Positions 20,497 through 28,897 of a DNA stretch of 64,000 nucleotides are shown one piece after another. A program made the translations under genes and the position numbers. The stretch's first letter is position 1, and each line of letters opens with the position of its first letter. The DNA lies in the NCBI GenBank assembly GCA_046350165.1, contig JAXMAY010000013.1:69190-133189 (forward strand). Direction: 5' to 3'. Source of the stretch: Gemmataceae bacterium. GTDB taxonomy: Bacteria; Planctomycetota; Planctomycetia; Gemmatales; Gemmataceae. A model generated the notes under the pieces. The model ran no database searches and had not been told where the DNA came from. It saw only the letters and a program-made list of their open reading frames with translations.

Positions 20497-21921
20497 ATGA
20501 TGAATCGACCCCTTTCCCGCCGCGAAATGCTCGCCCGCTCGGGTGTCGGCTTTGGCCTGCTGGGCCTGGCCGGCGTCATGAGCGATGCGGGGTTATTGAA
20601 GGCGGGCCCGGCCGAGACCAATCCGCTTGCCGCCAAAAAGCCGCCCAAGCCGGCCAAGGCCAAGCGAGTGATTCATATCTTTGCGAACGGTGGTCCCAGC
20701 CAGGTCGATACGTTCGATCCCAAGCCCGCGTTGGAAAAGTATGTCGGCAAATCGCTGCCGATGCGGAACCTGAAGACGGAGCGGAAAACCGGCGCGGGGC
20801 TGCCGTCGCCGTTCAAGTTCAAAAAACGCGGCAAGTCCGGTATCGAAATCAGCGAACTCTTCGAAAAGACCGCCCAGCATGCCGACGATCTGTGCGTGAT
20901 CCGGTCGATGTATGCCGACATCCCGAATCACGAACCGTCGCTGATGCTGATGAACTGCGGCGAGGCTCGGCAGGTGCGGCCCAGCTTCGGCTCCTGGCTC
21001 ATGTACGGCCTCGGCACGGAAAACCGCAATCTGCCCGGGTTCGTCGCGATGTGCCCCGGCGGTTATCCGATTCAGGAATCGCAAAACTGGCACAGCGGCT
21101 TCCTGCCGGGGATTTTTCAGGGAACCTACGTCGACACGCGGAATACCAACGTCGAACAACTGATCGATAACGTTCGCAATCGGCACACGCTCGGCAAGGA
21201 ACAACGCCAGCAACTCGACCTGCTCCAGAAGTTCAACCGTATCCACGAGGCGGGTCGATCCGATCCGCAACTCGAAGCGAGGATTCAATCGTTCGAACTG
21301 GCTTACCGCATGCAAAGCGAGGCGGCCGAGGCGTTCGATACCACTCGCGAACCCAAACACATTGTCGAAGCGTACGGAGCCAGCGGCCCGGTGGGCCGAT
21401 CGCTCCTGACCGCCCGGCGGTTGGTCGAGCGAGGCGTCCGGTACGTGCAGGTTTGGCATGGTCAGGGTCAACCATGGGATAGCCACGACGACCTCGAAAT
21501 CAACCACCGCAACCTCGCCCGCGAAAGCGATGGCGGCATCGCTTCGCTGCTCGCCGACTTGAAACGGCTGGGCATGCTCGACGAGACGCTGGTCATCTGG
21601 GGTGGCGAATTCGGCCGTACGCCGGTCGTGGAACTGCCGCAACCGGGCAGCAACGCCGGTAAGATCAACGGCCGGGACCACAACCATTGGGGCTTTACCT
21701 ACTGGCTGGCTGGCGGCGGCTCGAAGGGAGGATCGGTGGTCGGGGCCACCGATGAATTCGGCTTTAAAGCCGTGGAAAACCCGGTCCACGTCCACGATTT
21801 GCACGCAACGATTCTGCAACTTCTCGGCTTCGATCACGAACAGTTCACGTATCGTTACGCCGGCCGTGATTTCCGCCTGACGGATATTCACGGCCGGGTC
21901 ATCAAGGAAATCATCGCGTGA
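20497..21921 (+). CDS. DUF1501 family protein (sulfatase-like fold, Tat signal), the usual partner of DUF1553 proteins
   Basis: SRREMLARSGVGFGLLGLAG (twin-arginine-like signal). The 474-aa length and downstream position after the PSD1 gene are both typical. Confidence 0.8.
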   Translation: MMNRPLSRREMLARSGVGFGLLGLAGVMSDAGLLKAGPAETNPLAAKKPPKPAKAKRVIHIFANGGPSQVDTFDPKPALEKYVGKSLPMRNLKTERKTGAGLPSPFKFKKRGKSGIEISELFEKTAQHADDLCVIRSMYADIPNHEPSLMLMNCGEARQVRPSFGSWLMYGLGTENRNLPGFVAMCPGGYPIQESQNWHSGFLPGIFQGTYVDTRNTNVEQLIDNVRNRHTLGKEQRQQLDLLQKFNRIHEAGRSDPQLEARIQSFELAYRMQSEAAEAFDTTREPKHIVEAYGASGPVGRSLLTARRLVERGVRYVQVWHGQGQPWDSHDDLEINHRNLARESDGGIASLLADLKRLGMLDETLVIWGGEFGRTPVVELPQPGSNAGKINGRDHNHWGFTYWLAGGGSKGGSVVGATDEFGFKAVENPVHVHDLHATILQLLGFDHEQFTYRYAGRDFRLTDIHGRVIKEIIA

Positions 21922-23240
21922 CGGACCTGCCGGCTCATGCCCGATCCATCTGGGATGCCGGCGTCGCTGCGGTGGCACCCGGCCGACTGGTGGCCTCCGC
22001 ACTCGAATCGCTTCCCGCGGAAATTCAGCACGATCTCGAAACTGCTCCCCGCATCATCGTGGTCGGCGCCGGCAAGGCCGGGGCCGCGATGGCGGTCGCC
22101 GTGGAACGCTGTTTACCCAACCGCACGTTGGGAATCGTCAACGTTCCCGAAGGTTTTACCGAGCGGACCACGTCGATCCGGCTGAATGCCGCCCGACCGG
22201 TCGGCAGCAACTTTCCCACCCAGGCCGGCGTGGAAGGTGCCTGGGAAATGCTGGGGCTGCTGGAAATCGCCGGCCCCGAGGATGTCGCCCTCTGTCTCAT
22301 TTCCGGCGGCGGATCGGCCCTGCTCCCCTGCCCGTCGCATGGAATCACCCTCGAAGACAAGCAATCGTTGACGCGGCAGCTGCACGCCAGCGGCGCCACG
22401 ATTTGCGAAATGAATACCGTCCGGAAGCATTTATCCTGCGTGAAAGGCGGACAACTTGCAAAGGGCTTCCGTGGCAAACGGCTGATCTCGCTGATCATTT
22501 CCGATGTGGTCGGCGATCCGCTCGATGTGATTGCCTCCGGGCCGACCTCGCCGGACCCGACCACGTTTGCTGATTGCCTGGCCATTCTGGACCGCTGCGG
22601 GTTGACCGAGCGTGCCCCGGCCAATGTCATGCATGTGCTCCGCAGAGGGTTGCGGCATCCCGAGTACGAAACACCCAAGTCCCTGCCGGACACCATTACG
22701 AACGTGGTGATCGGCTCGAACGGCACAGCCCTGGCCGCCGCGAAGCGGACTGCGGAATCACTTGGCTATCGCGTTCTCGACCTGGGGCCGTTCATCGAAG
22801 GTGAAACCGTTCCCGTCGCGGCGGCGATAGCGGGAATTGTCAAAAGTATCCAACGTCGACAGGAACCCCTGGCCCCGCCGGCTTGCATTCTCATCGGCGG
22901 CGAGACGACGGTGACCCTCGGGCCGAAACCGGGTAAGGGAGGTCGGAATCAGGAGTTTACCCTGGCGATGCTGCATCATCTCGGTCAAGCCGGGATGAAA
23001 AACGTCTGCGTGCTGAGCGGCGGGACCGACGGTGAAGATGGCCCGACCGATGCCGCGGGGGCCATCGGCACGGAAAATAGTTTTCCCAACCGGAGCATGT
23101 CACTCTCCATTTCGGATTCACTGGCCCGGCACGATGCCTACCCCTTCTTCGATCAAATGGGAGGGCTGATCCGGACCGGCCTGACCGGAACGAATGTGAT
23201 GGACTTACGGATCATCCTCATTGGCAATTCGACCATGTAG
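21918..23240 (+). CDS. glycerate 2-kinase (GckA/TtuD, DUF4147 + MOFRL)
   Basis: RIIVVGAGKAGAAMAVAVE...LISGGGSALLP...KHLSCVKGGQLAK...GGETTVTLGPKPGKGGRNQEF... Confidence 0.8.
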   Translation: MTDLPAHARSIWDAGVAAVAPGRLVASALESLPAEIQHDLETAPRIIVVGAGKAGAAMAVAVERCLPNRTLGIVNVPEGFTERTTSIRLNAARPVGSNFPTQAGVEGAWEMLGLLEIAGPEDVALCLISGGGSALLPCPSHGITLEDKQSLTRQLHASGATICEMNTVRKHLSCVKGGQLAKGFRGKRLISLIISDVVGDPLDVIASGPTSPDPTTFADCLAILDRCGLTERAPANVMHVLRRGLRHPEYETPKSLPDTITNVVIGSNGTALAAAKRTAESLGYRVLDLGPFIEGETVPVAAAIAGIVKSIQRRQEPLAPPACILIGGETTVTLGPKPGKGGRNQEFTLAMLHHLGQAGMKNVCVLSGGTDGEDGPTDAAGAIGTENSFPNRSMSLSISDSLARHDAYPFFDQMGGLIRTGLTGTNVMDLRIILIGNSTM

Positions 23241-23565
23241 TTTTTTCACTTCCGCCATCGCCGCCGGTAAAAAAGTGAATGCCGGCGAAATGTGAAAACC
23301 GCAAATCGTTGAAAAACAGTGATTTGCGAATATTTCACGAAAATTATTTTTACGGCATGAATCGTGCTTTTGATTCGACCGTCTTGAACCCGACTCGTTG
23401 GGGCTGGACAGAGAAGAGGATCGGAACGGGCCGGAACCCGTATCCGAATCACCGGCCGGTCGACCGCTACATTGGTCTGCCGGCCGGCGGCATTTTCCGG
23501 AAGAAGTTTGCACGAAATCGTCGGCCTGGCACCACTAGTATGGGTGTCCCCATGAGGCCGAATCC

Positions 23566-25692
23566 ATGAGATTGACTCTTCGCACGTTATTGGCGTACCT
23601 CGACGACACGCTTCCGCCCGCCGAGGCGACGAAAATTGGTCAGAAAGTCGCCGAAAGCGAACAGACCCGCGACCTGATTGAAAAAATCAAACGGCTCACG
23701 CGAAAGCGGGGTTTGGTTCCCCCATCGAATCAGATCGACGACCCGGCGTCGAACCCGAACACGGTGGCCGAGTACCTGTCGGACAATTTATCCTCCGAGA
23801 TGGTCACGGAATTCGAATCGGCCTGCCTCGATTCGGAAATCAACCTCGCCGAGGTGGCGGCCTGCCATCAGATTCTGACGCTGCTTTTGAGCGAGCCGGC
23901 CCGCGTCCCGCCGACCGCCCGTAAACGCATGTACGAACTGGTGAAAGGACCGGAATCGCTGCCGAATCGCAAGCCGGGTTTGACCATCCCTGTGGGCGGG
24001 ATGCCAATCGAGAAACCGTCCGTCAGTACGGTGGAGGAAAACCCGGGGCTGTTGCACGGCCTTTCACCGGCATCGTTCGGCATTCGAACGGTCCTGGCCA
24101 TGCTGATGTTGGGGGTCACGCTGATTGCCACCTGGTTGGCCTGGCCCAATAACTTCCAGCAAGCCAAACCCCGAAACGTCGAAGTCGCTGCCGCAGACAC
24201 CAACGCTAACGCTAACGCTAACGTTAACGAGACGAAACCCACACCCAACGCAGAAAAAGATTCCGTCAAAGACAACAACAAGGAAGGCAATCCCAACACC
24301 AAGACGGACTCCACCTCGAAAGAAACTTCCAAAGAGCCAACAAAAGAGCCGTCAAAAGGGACCCCTGGAACTGCCGTTGATTCCCTACCCGAGGGGAATC
24401 CCGAAAAGACACCGGGAAAGACACCAGAAAAGTCTCCCGAAAAAAAGCCCGATGAAAATCGCGTTGAAAAGCAACCGGCGGAACCGCTCCCCATCGATCG
24501 CGATCGCATCGATTCAACGACCAAAACAATCGGCACGCTGACGTCGAAAGATCAAATCCTGCTGTCCTCCTCCGCGGAAACCTGGACTCGCCTCGCGGAT
24601 GCCACACCGATTCGATCCAGCGAACGGCTCCTCTGCCTGCCGGGTTATAAAGCCAAAATTCTCCTGGAATCCAAAGTCAACATCACCCTTTGGGGGAATG
24701 TCCCCGATCAAATCCCGACGGGCCCGCTGGAATCGTCCATCACGCTGCATGTCCCTTCCGCGAAACGGGCGGCGGATCTGACTGTTCACAACGGACGCGT
24801 TTACCTTCAATCCACCGATCCGAAGGGGGCCACCATCCGCGTGCGCATGGCGGATGCGATTGCGGATATCCGCTTGCCCGATGATCAGGCCGAAGTCGCG
24901 GTGGACGTCAAGTTCATCCCCACAAAAGGGCTGCGGCCCAGCGTCGTCGTTTCCAAGCGGACGGAATGGTCCCTGGCGGCGACCCGGGGCAGCGTTCGCG
25001 TCGAGGGGAATGCCACCATGCGAGCGGTTCAACTCGCTACGAACGAAGGGATCGACTCGATGGGCCGTTCCGCGGAAACCGTTGGCAAACGATTGGAACG
25101 CCAGCTGGTCTATCCGGATGCGGTCATGGCGTCGAACGCCCAGAAATCACTGGCCACTCTGTCGGCTGCTTTTTCGACCAGCGACCGTGTCACGGTCAAA
25201 CTCGCGGAATCGGTTAATAGCGAATCCCCGGCTCGGGCCCGGATTGCGATTTTCGGACAGGCGGCGATTGGTGAAGTGACCGATCTTGCGGACGAATTGC
25301 AGGATGCCGGTCGGCCGCTTGTCCGCGATGCGGCCGTCGTGGCGTTACGATCGGCACTGGCTGTCGATCCGGATCGCGGCGAACGGATTGCCAACGCCTT
25401 GAAAGCCAAACTCACCATCACGGCGGCCCAGTCTCAGTGGATTCTCGCCTTACTGCGAGGGCCGGACGAATTGGATTTGAAATCGCGGGAAACCTTAAAC
25501 CGAATTGTGGATGGACTTACGGCCGATAACCTGCCGGAAAGGGAACTCTGCCACCGGACGTTGATTTTGGATTACGATCCCGAAGCCTTGAGGATTCCGG
25601 GATTGGTCCGTTACGACCCGGCGGGACCGGTTGAAGATCGCGATGCCTGTCAAAAGTTATGGAGAAAACGGATCGAAGAGCGTTCGAAATAG
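23566..25692 (+). CDS. hypothetical single-pass membrane protein with a FecR-like periplasmic segment, low-complexity linker and C-terminal alpha-helical repeats
   Basis: An N-terminal 170-aa cytoplasmic part (MRLTLRTLLAYLDDTLPPAEATKIG...) is followed by a TM helix (VLAMLMLGVTLIATWLAW), then NANANANVN and a K/E/P/T-rich linker. Next comes a segment with the FecR-like pattern (...ERLLCLPGYKAKILLESKVNITLWG...LTVHNGRVYLQSTD...), followed by HEAT-like helices. Confidence 0.45.
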   Translation: MRLTLRTLLAYLDDTLPPAEATKIGQKVAESEQTRDLIEKIKRLTRKRGLVPPSNQIDDPASNPNTVAEYLSDNLSSEMVTEFESACLDSEINLAEVAACHQILTLLLSEPARVPPTARKRMYELVKGPESLPNRKPGLTIPVGGMPIEKPSVSTVEENPGLLHGLSPASFGIRTVLAMLMLGVTLIATWLAWPNNFQQAKPRNVEVAAADTNANANANVNETKPTPNAEKDSVKDNNKEGNPNTKTDSTSKETSKEPTKEPSKGTPGTAVDSLPEGNPEKTPGKTPEKSPEKKPDENRVEKQPAEPLPIDRDRIDSTTKTIGTLTSKDQILLSSSAETWTRLADATPIRSSERLLCLPGYKAKILLESKVNITLWGNVPDQIPTGPLESSITLHVPSAKRAADLTVHNGRVYLQSTDPKGATIRVRMADAIADIRLPDDQAEVAVDVKFIPTKGLRPSVVVSKRTEWSLAATRGSVRVEGNATMRAVQLATNEGIDSMGRSAETVGKRLERQLVYPDAVMASNAQKSLATLSAAFSTSDRVTVKLAESVNSESPARARIAIFGQAAIGEVTDLADELQDAGRPLVRDAAVVALRSALAVDPDRGERIANALKAKLTITAAQSQWILALLRGPDELDLKSRETLNRIVDGLTADNLPERELCHRTLILDYDPEALRIPGLVRYDPAGPVEDRDACQKLWRKRIEERSK
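24202..24228 (+). repeat. hexanucleotide microsatellite (AACGCT)3-AACGTT-AAC inside the CDS, encoding (NA)n
   Basis: aacgctaacgctaacgctaacgttaac is seen directly in the sequence. It lies at the start of a longer low-complexity, K/E/P/T-rich coding tract (24230-24480). Confidence 0.9.
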
Positions 25693-25981
25693 GTCGGAAG
25701 GAATAGTTTACCAGATTGATACGCTTTCCCCACCGGTCAACTTTTCCGTGGCCGGTGTAATTGGTCCTCAAATCATCAAGATTTTCTCAAGTCGTTCTCA
25801 AGTTGATCACGTTGCCCTCTTCCGCAGCCGATTTCAATCGAGACTTCGGACCCGGCCGTTTTCCCGCCACAATCCGGCGGCGACCGAGGAAATCGTCCGA
25901 AGGACATTGGCCGAAATGATCGTTGTTGATCATGAGGCCACGGACGATCCCGATCCCCTGTTTCCCCGGAGGTTTTACACC

Positions 25982-26524
25982 GTGAATGCAGCTCTGATTC
26001 TGATGACGTCGGCCTTCGTGGCCAGCTCCGATTGCGGCGGCTGCGCTGCTCCCGCCAGCTGCGATCCGTGCGCTCCCCGCGTGACGATTCTCGACAAGCT
26101 GAAAGCACGCCTGTCGCTGATCGGTCACTCGCACAACAGCTGCTGCGATCCGTGCGCCAAGCCGGCTTGCGCTCCCGCTTGTGCACCGGCTCCTGTTTGC
26201 CACACGGCCTGCAAGCCGGCTTGTGGCACCCCGCTGTTCTCGGGCCACCTGCTCGCTTCGCTCAAGAAGAGCAGCTGCGGCTGCGATCCTTGTGCGAAAC
26301 CCAGCCTGCTGGATCGCCTGAAGGCCCGCTTCCACAAGCCCTGCTGCGAATCGTCCTGCGATAGCGGCTGCAGCGGCTGTGGCGCGGCTCCGGCCGCGGC
26401 TCCCGCCCCGGCACCGGCTCCCGCTCCGGCTCCGAAGGCGATGCCGGCTCCGGCAGCCCCGGGCAAGACGACGTCGAACTTCCAGCCTTCCGAAATTCGT
26501 CCGGTTGGCGGCAATACGTTTTAA
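25982..26524 (+). CDS. secreted-looking Cys-rich repeat protein (about 20 Cys; CDPCA...LDKLKAR units; (AP)n tail); family not recognised
   Basis: The ORF is in frame from 25631, but that N-terminal part overlaps the upstream gene. A plausible start is GTG 25982 or ATG 26003, ahead of the hydrophobic NAALILMTSAFVASS. High-GC3 codon usage supports coding on this strand. The internal DNA repeat gctgcgatccgtgcgc occurs three times. Confidence 0.55.
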   Translation: MNAALILMTSAFVASSDCGGCAAPASCDPCAPRVTILDKLKARLSLIGHSHNSCCDPCAKPACAPACAPAPVCHTACKPACGTPLFSGHLLASLKKSSCGCDPCAKPSLLDRLKARFHKPCCESSCDSGCSGCGAAPAAAPAPAPAPAPAPKAMPAPAAPGKTTSNFQPSEIRPVGGNTF

Positions 26525-26674
26525 TCCTTGAAACGGGTGATCCGTTGAGGTGGAACAGCCGGGGGAAACCCCGGCTGTTTCTATTTTCCAACATCCGTTT
26601 TGCAAACGACTTGACGGCTATGTAGGATGATGGTCTCGCCTCAATACGGCAGATTTTTGATAAGGGGCTGGTCA

Positions 26675-27238
26675 ATGACCAACGGGGCGGACGGCACGGA
26701 ATTGGCTTTCAAAATCGCAAAATTGGTGGAAGAAAAGGGCTGGAATCAGGAGGATTTTGCTCGGATTTCGCACCTGAACCGTCATACCGTTCGCCAGATT
26801 CTCAATGGTGGTCCCAAGCGACGTCTTCGCAATGCCACCGTCAGCCAATGCTCCGAAGCGTTCGGCCTCACCGTCAGCGAACTCCGGACGCTGCCACTCG
26901 ATCGACTGCTGGCTCGCGTCCACGGCAAACGGGCGGCCGACGAGGAAGCCCTGAAGCAACTTTACGATCAGGCGGTTCTGCCGGACTTGAGCAACTGGCT
27001 GGAGCGGAATAAAGAACGGGCGGCCGACTTCCGGGCCGATGAAATCCGCGAACTGCTGGCCATGCAGGAGCCAGGCGGTCCACTCGAACGGCTGGGCGTT
27101 GACCAGTTCGTTGACCAGATCGAACGACGTCGAAAGGTCCTCGATCAGATCCGCCTCATCGCCGGGACGGAGTTCTTCCATTGCCTGGAAACGATTGTCA
27201 GCCTGATTGCAGATAAGGTCGCCAAGTCGAAAAAGTAA
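26675..27238 (+). CDS. XRE-family helix-turn-helix transcriptional regulator with a C-terminal helical domain
   Basis: ...LVEEKGWNQEDFARISHLNRHTVRQILNG... is the HTH_3 pattern. I prefer the Met at 26675 over 26627. Confidence 0.7.
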   Translation: MTNGADGTELAFKIAKLVEEKGWNQEDFARISHLNRHTVRQILNGGPKRRLRNATVSQCSEAFGLTVSELRTLPLDRLLARVHGKRAADEEALKQLYDQAVLPDLSNWLERNKERAADFRADEIRELLAMQEPGGPLERLGVDQFVDQIERRRKVLDQIRLIAGTEFFHCLETIVSLIADKVAKSKK

Positions 27239-27251
27239 CCAGGCATCGTCT

Positions 27252-28142
27252 TCAGATACACGACGCCTTAACGCAGACCGTTTGCTGATTATTGCGACGA
27301 TTTCGACGCTTTTTCCAGACCCCCGCCGCACCGGCAAGACCGGCGGAAATCAGCACGATGGAACCCGGTTCGGGGACTGCCGAGATCAACGAGGAGTTGA
27401 TCGTGAGCGATGAGTTTGCTCCGATCGTAAAGTCCCATTGATACGCGCCGGTGTAGTCTCCATTCGTAAACGGTAATCCCGTGTTGTTTAGATTGGTGAT
27501 GGAGTTGTTGACTAGAGCTGTTCGCAGCGTACTGTACGCGGTGACTTGATAGGCATTGGGAGTGGTTCCGGGAGTAAAATTCGAATAATGGCCGCTCGAA
27601 TCGGAAACAAGCATACCCGACAAGCCACCCGACGCATTTGACCCCGAAGGCACGGAGTTCAAGTCGAGGTCGATGTATTGAATCAGGGTCACATTCAACG
27701 ACGTTGTATTGGTATTAGTGAATGTCACCGAATGCGATAACGTCGCTGTCGTTGCATTCGATTGGTTCAAATTGATATTCCACGCCGCACTGAGATTACG
27801 CGAATCCGTGAGATTGTACGTCGCCGCGGACCCCGAGAAGGTTCCTGTCAACCCGGTGGAAATACCGCCCGTGGTATAATTACCGAAGGTTCTTTCACGG
27901 GTATCGACCGTGATCAAGCCGTTACCACTTCCGTTGATGCGATAAAACATCCACTGATCGTACAAATTGTTGACCTGCCCATCCGGCATAAACGTTGCCC
28001 GGAAGGTCGTGCCGTTAATGGACGTGGGGGTTTGCGATTGCGTAAACGTAGCGGTTCCCGAAGTCAGCGTCCCTGTGAGTTGAGCTAAGGCCTGGGATGA
28101 AAGCAAAACAGTCAAGCAAAACGCAGACAAAAACCTCATCAT
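27252..28142 (-). CDS. PEP-CTERM sorting-domain surface protein, S/T/N-rich
   Basis: Signal peptide MMRFLSAFCLTVLLSSQALA. The protein is 296 aa with about 45% S/T/N. The C-terminus is ...SAVPEPGSIVLISAGLAGAAGVWKKRRNRRNNQ (PEP motif, TM helix, basic tail). The gene is visibly lower in GC than its neighbours. Confidence 0.8.
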   Translation of the reverse strand: MMRFLSAFCLTVLLSSQALAQLTGTLTSGTATFTQSQTPTSINGTTFRATFMPDGQVNNLYDQWMFYRINGSGNGLITVDTRERTFGNYTTGGISTGLTGTFSGSAATYNLTDSRNLSAAWNINLNQSNATTATLSHSVTFTNTNTTSLNVTLIQYIDLDLNSVPSGSNASGGLSGMLVSDSSGHYSNFTPGTTPNAYQVTAYSTLRTALVNNSITNLNNTGLPFTNGDYTGAYQWDFTIGANSSLTINSSLISAVPEPGSIVLISAGLAGAAGVWKKRRNRRNNQQTVCVKASCI

Positions 28143-28240
28143 GATCCCTCGATGGTTCTGTACGCTCGCAAACTAGTACAGAAAACAATGGATCCATGAT
28201 TTTTTTAGCTTTGTTACATAAAAAGAAATTACTGAATTCA

Positions 28241-28283
28241 ACATGAACAAAAATTGCATTTCAACAGTGGTTTTTGTTCATGT
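28241..28283. promoter_or_regulatory. perfect 13-bp inverted repeat acatgaacaaaaa-N17-tttttgttcatgt in the AT-rich divergent intergenic region
   Basis: Read directly from the sequence at 28241-28253 and 28271-28283. It lies about 100-140 bp upstream of the PEP-CTERM start codon (28142) and about 615 bp upstream of the sensor kinase start. It is a candidate operator or RNA hairpin. Confidence 0.5.
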
Positions 28284-28897
28284 CAGGACAAAAAAAGAAA
28301 GCAATTTCGTCCGCAAGCAAAGGAAATATCTTTCTAAATTATTTTAGATAATTCTATCTCAAACACAATTGTTACAAATAGTCAACTTGTCAATATTATA
28401 TATTTAATGAATAGACATGCAAAAAAACAACTCATGTCCGGCCATAAGACACGACAGTAATCTTTATTCGGATGGCCATATGGGTACTCAAACGGGTGAA
28501 TAGAAAATTTCCGTGAAGAAAGTGCGACAGACGAATTCAGATCAACCCACGCCTCTCATTGCTCGTCAAAAAACAGTTTCAGCCCTTTTTCACGAGTAAC
28601 GACTTCCTGTTTTCATGATAAAACTCTCATTCCTTTATGTGAGTTTCCGAATTCCAGTCGGGCAATAAAACGCTGCCTTTTTTAAAAGAAAATCAAAACA
28701 GTATCGGATTATTTTCTTTTCATTTGAATTGAAAATGTCATACTCATGCCAAGCACGGAAATATGAAAATCACTGGGAATTGAATCAAATTCTCATGTGT
28801 ATTGGCTCTGTTTTTCTCGCGTGACGTGCGCAAGGGTTGTATTTTTTCAAAAATGATTGCCTGACTCGCATAAAGAAACCGCTGTGCTGGCAGCAAT

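Noticed and set aside
19251-22002. Two minus-strand ORFs of about 470 aa (19251-20663 and 20593-22002) overlapping the DUF1553 and DUF1501 genes
   Set aside because: Both lie entirely inside well-supported plus-strand genes with strong family signatures. Their R/G/P-rich composition is typical of antisense frames in high-GC DNA.
24202-24228. Possible CRISPR or other array signal from the (AACGCT)n repeat
   Set aside because: It is only 27 bp of a hexamer microsatellite inside a coding region, with no spacers. It is not a CRISPR array, and no cas genes are present in the window.
25631-25981. N-terminal 117 aa of the ORF-track version of the Cys-rich protein (start at 25631)
   Set aside because: It overlaps the last 60 nt of the upstream gene and has no hydrophobic signal peptide. 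The plausible start codons (GTG 25982 or ATG 26003) lie immediately before the signal-peptide-like segment.
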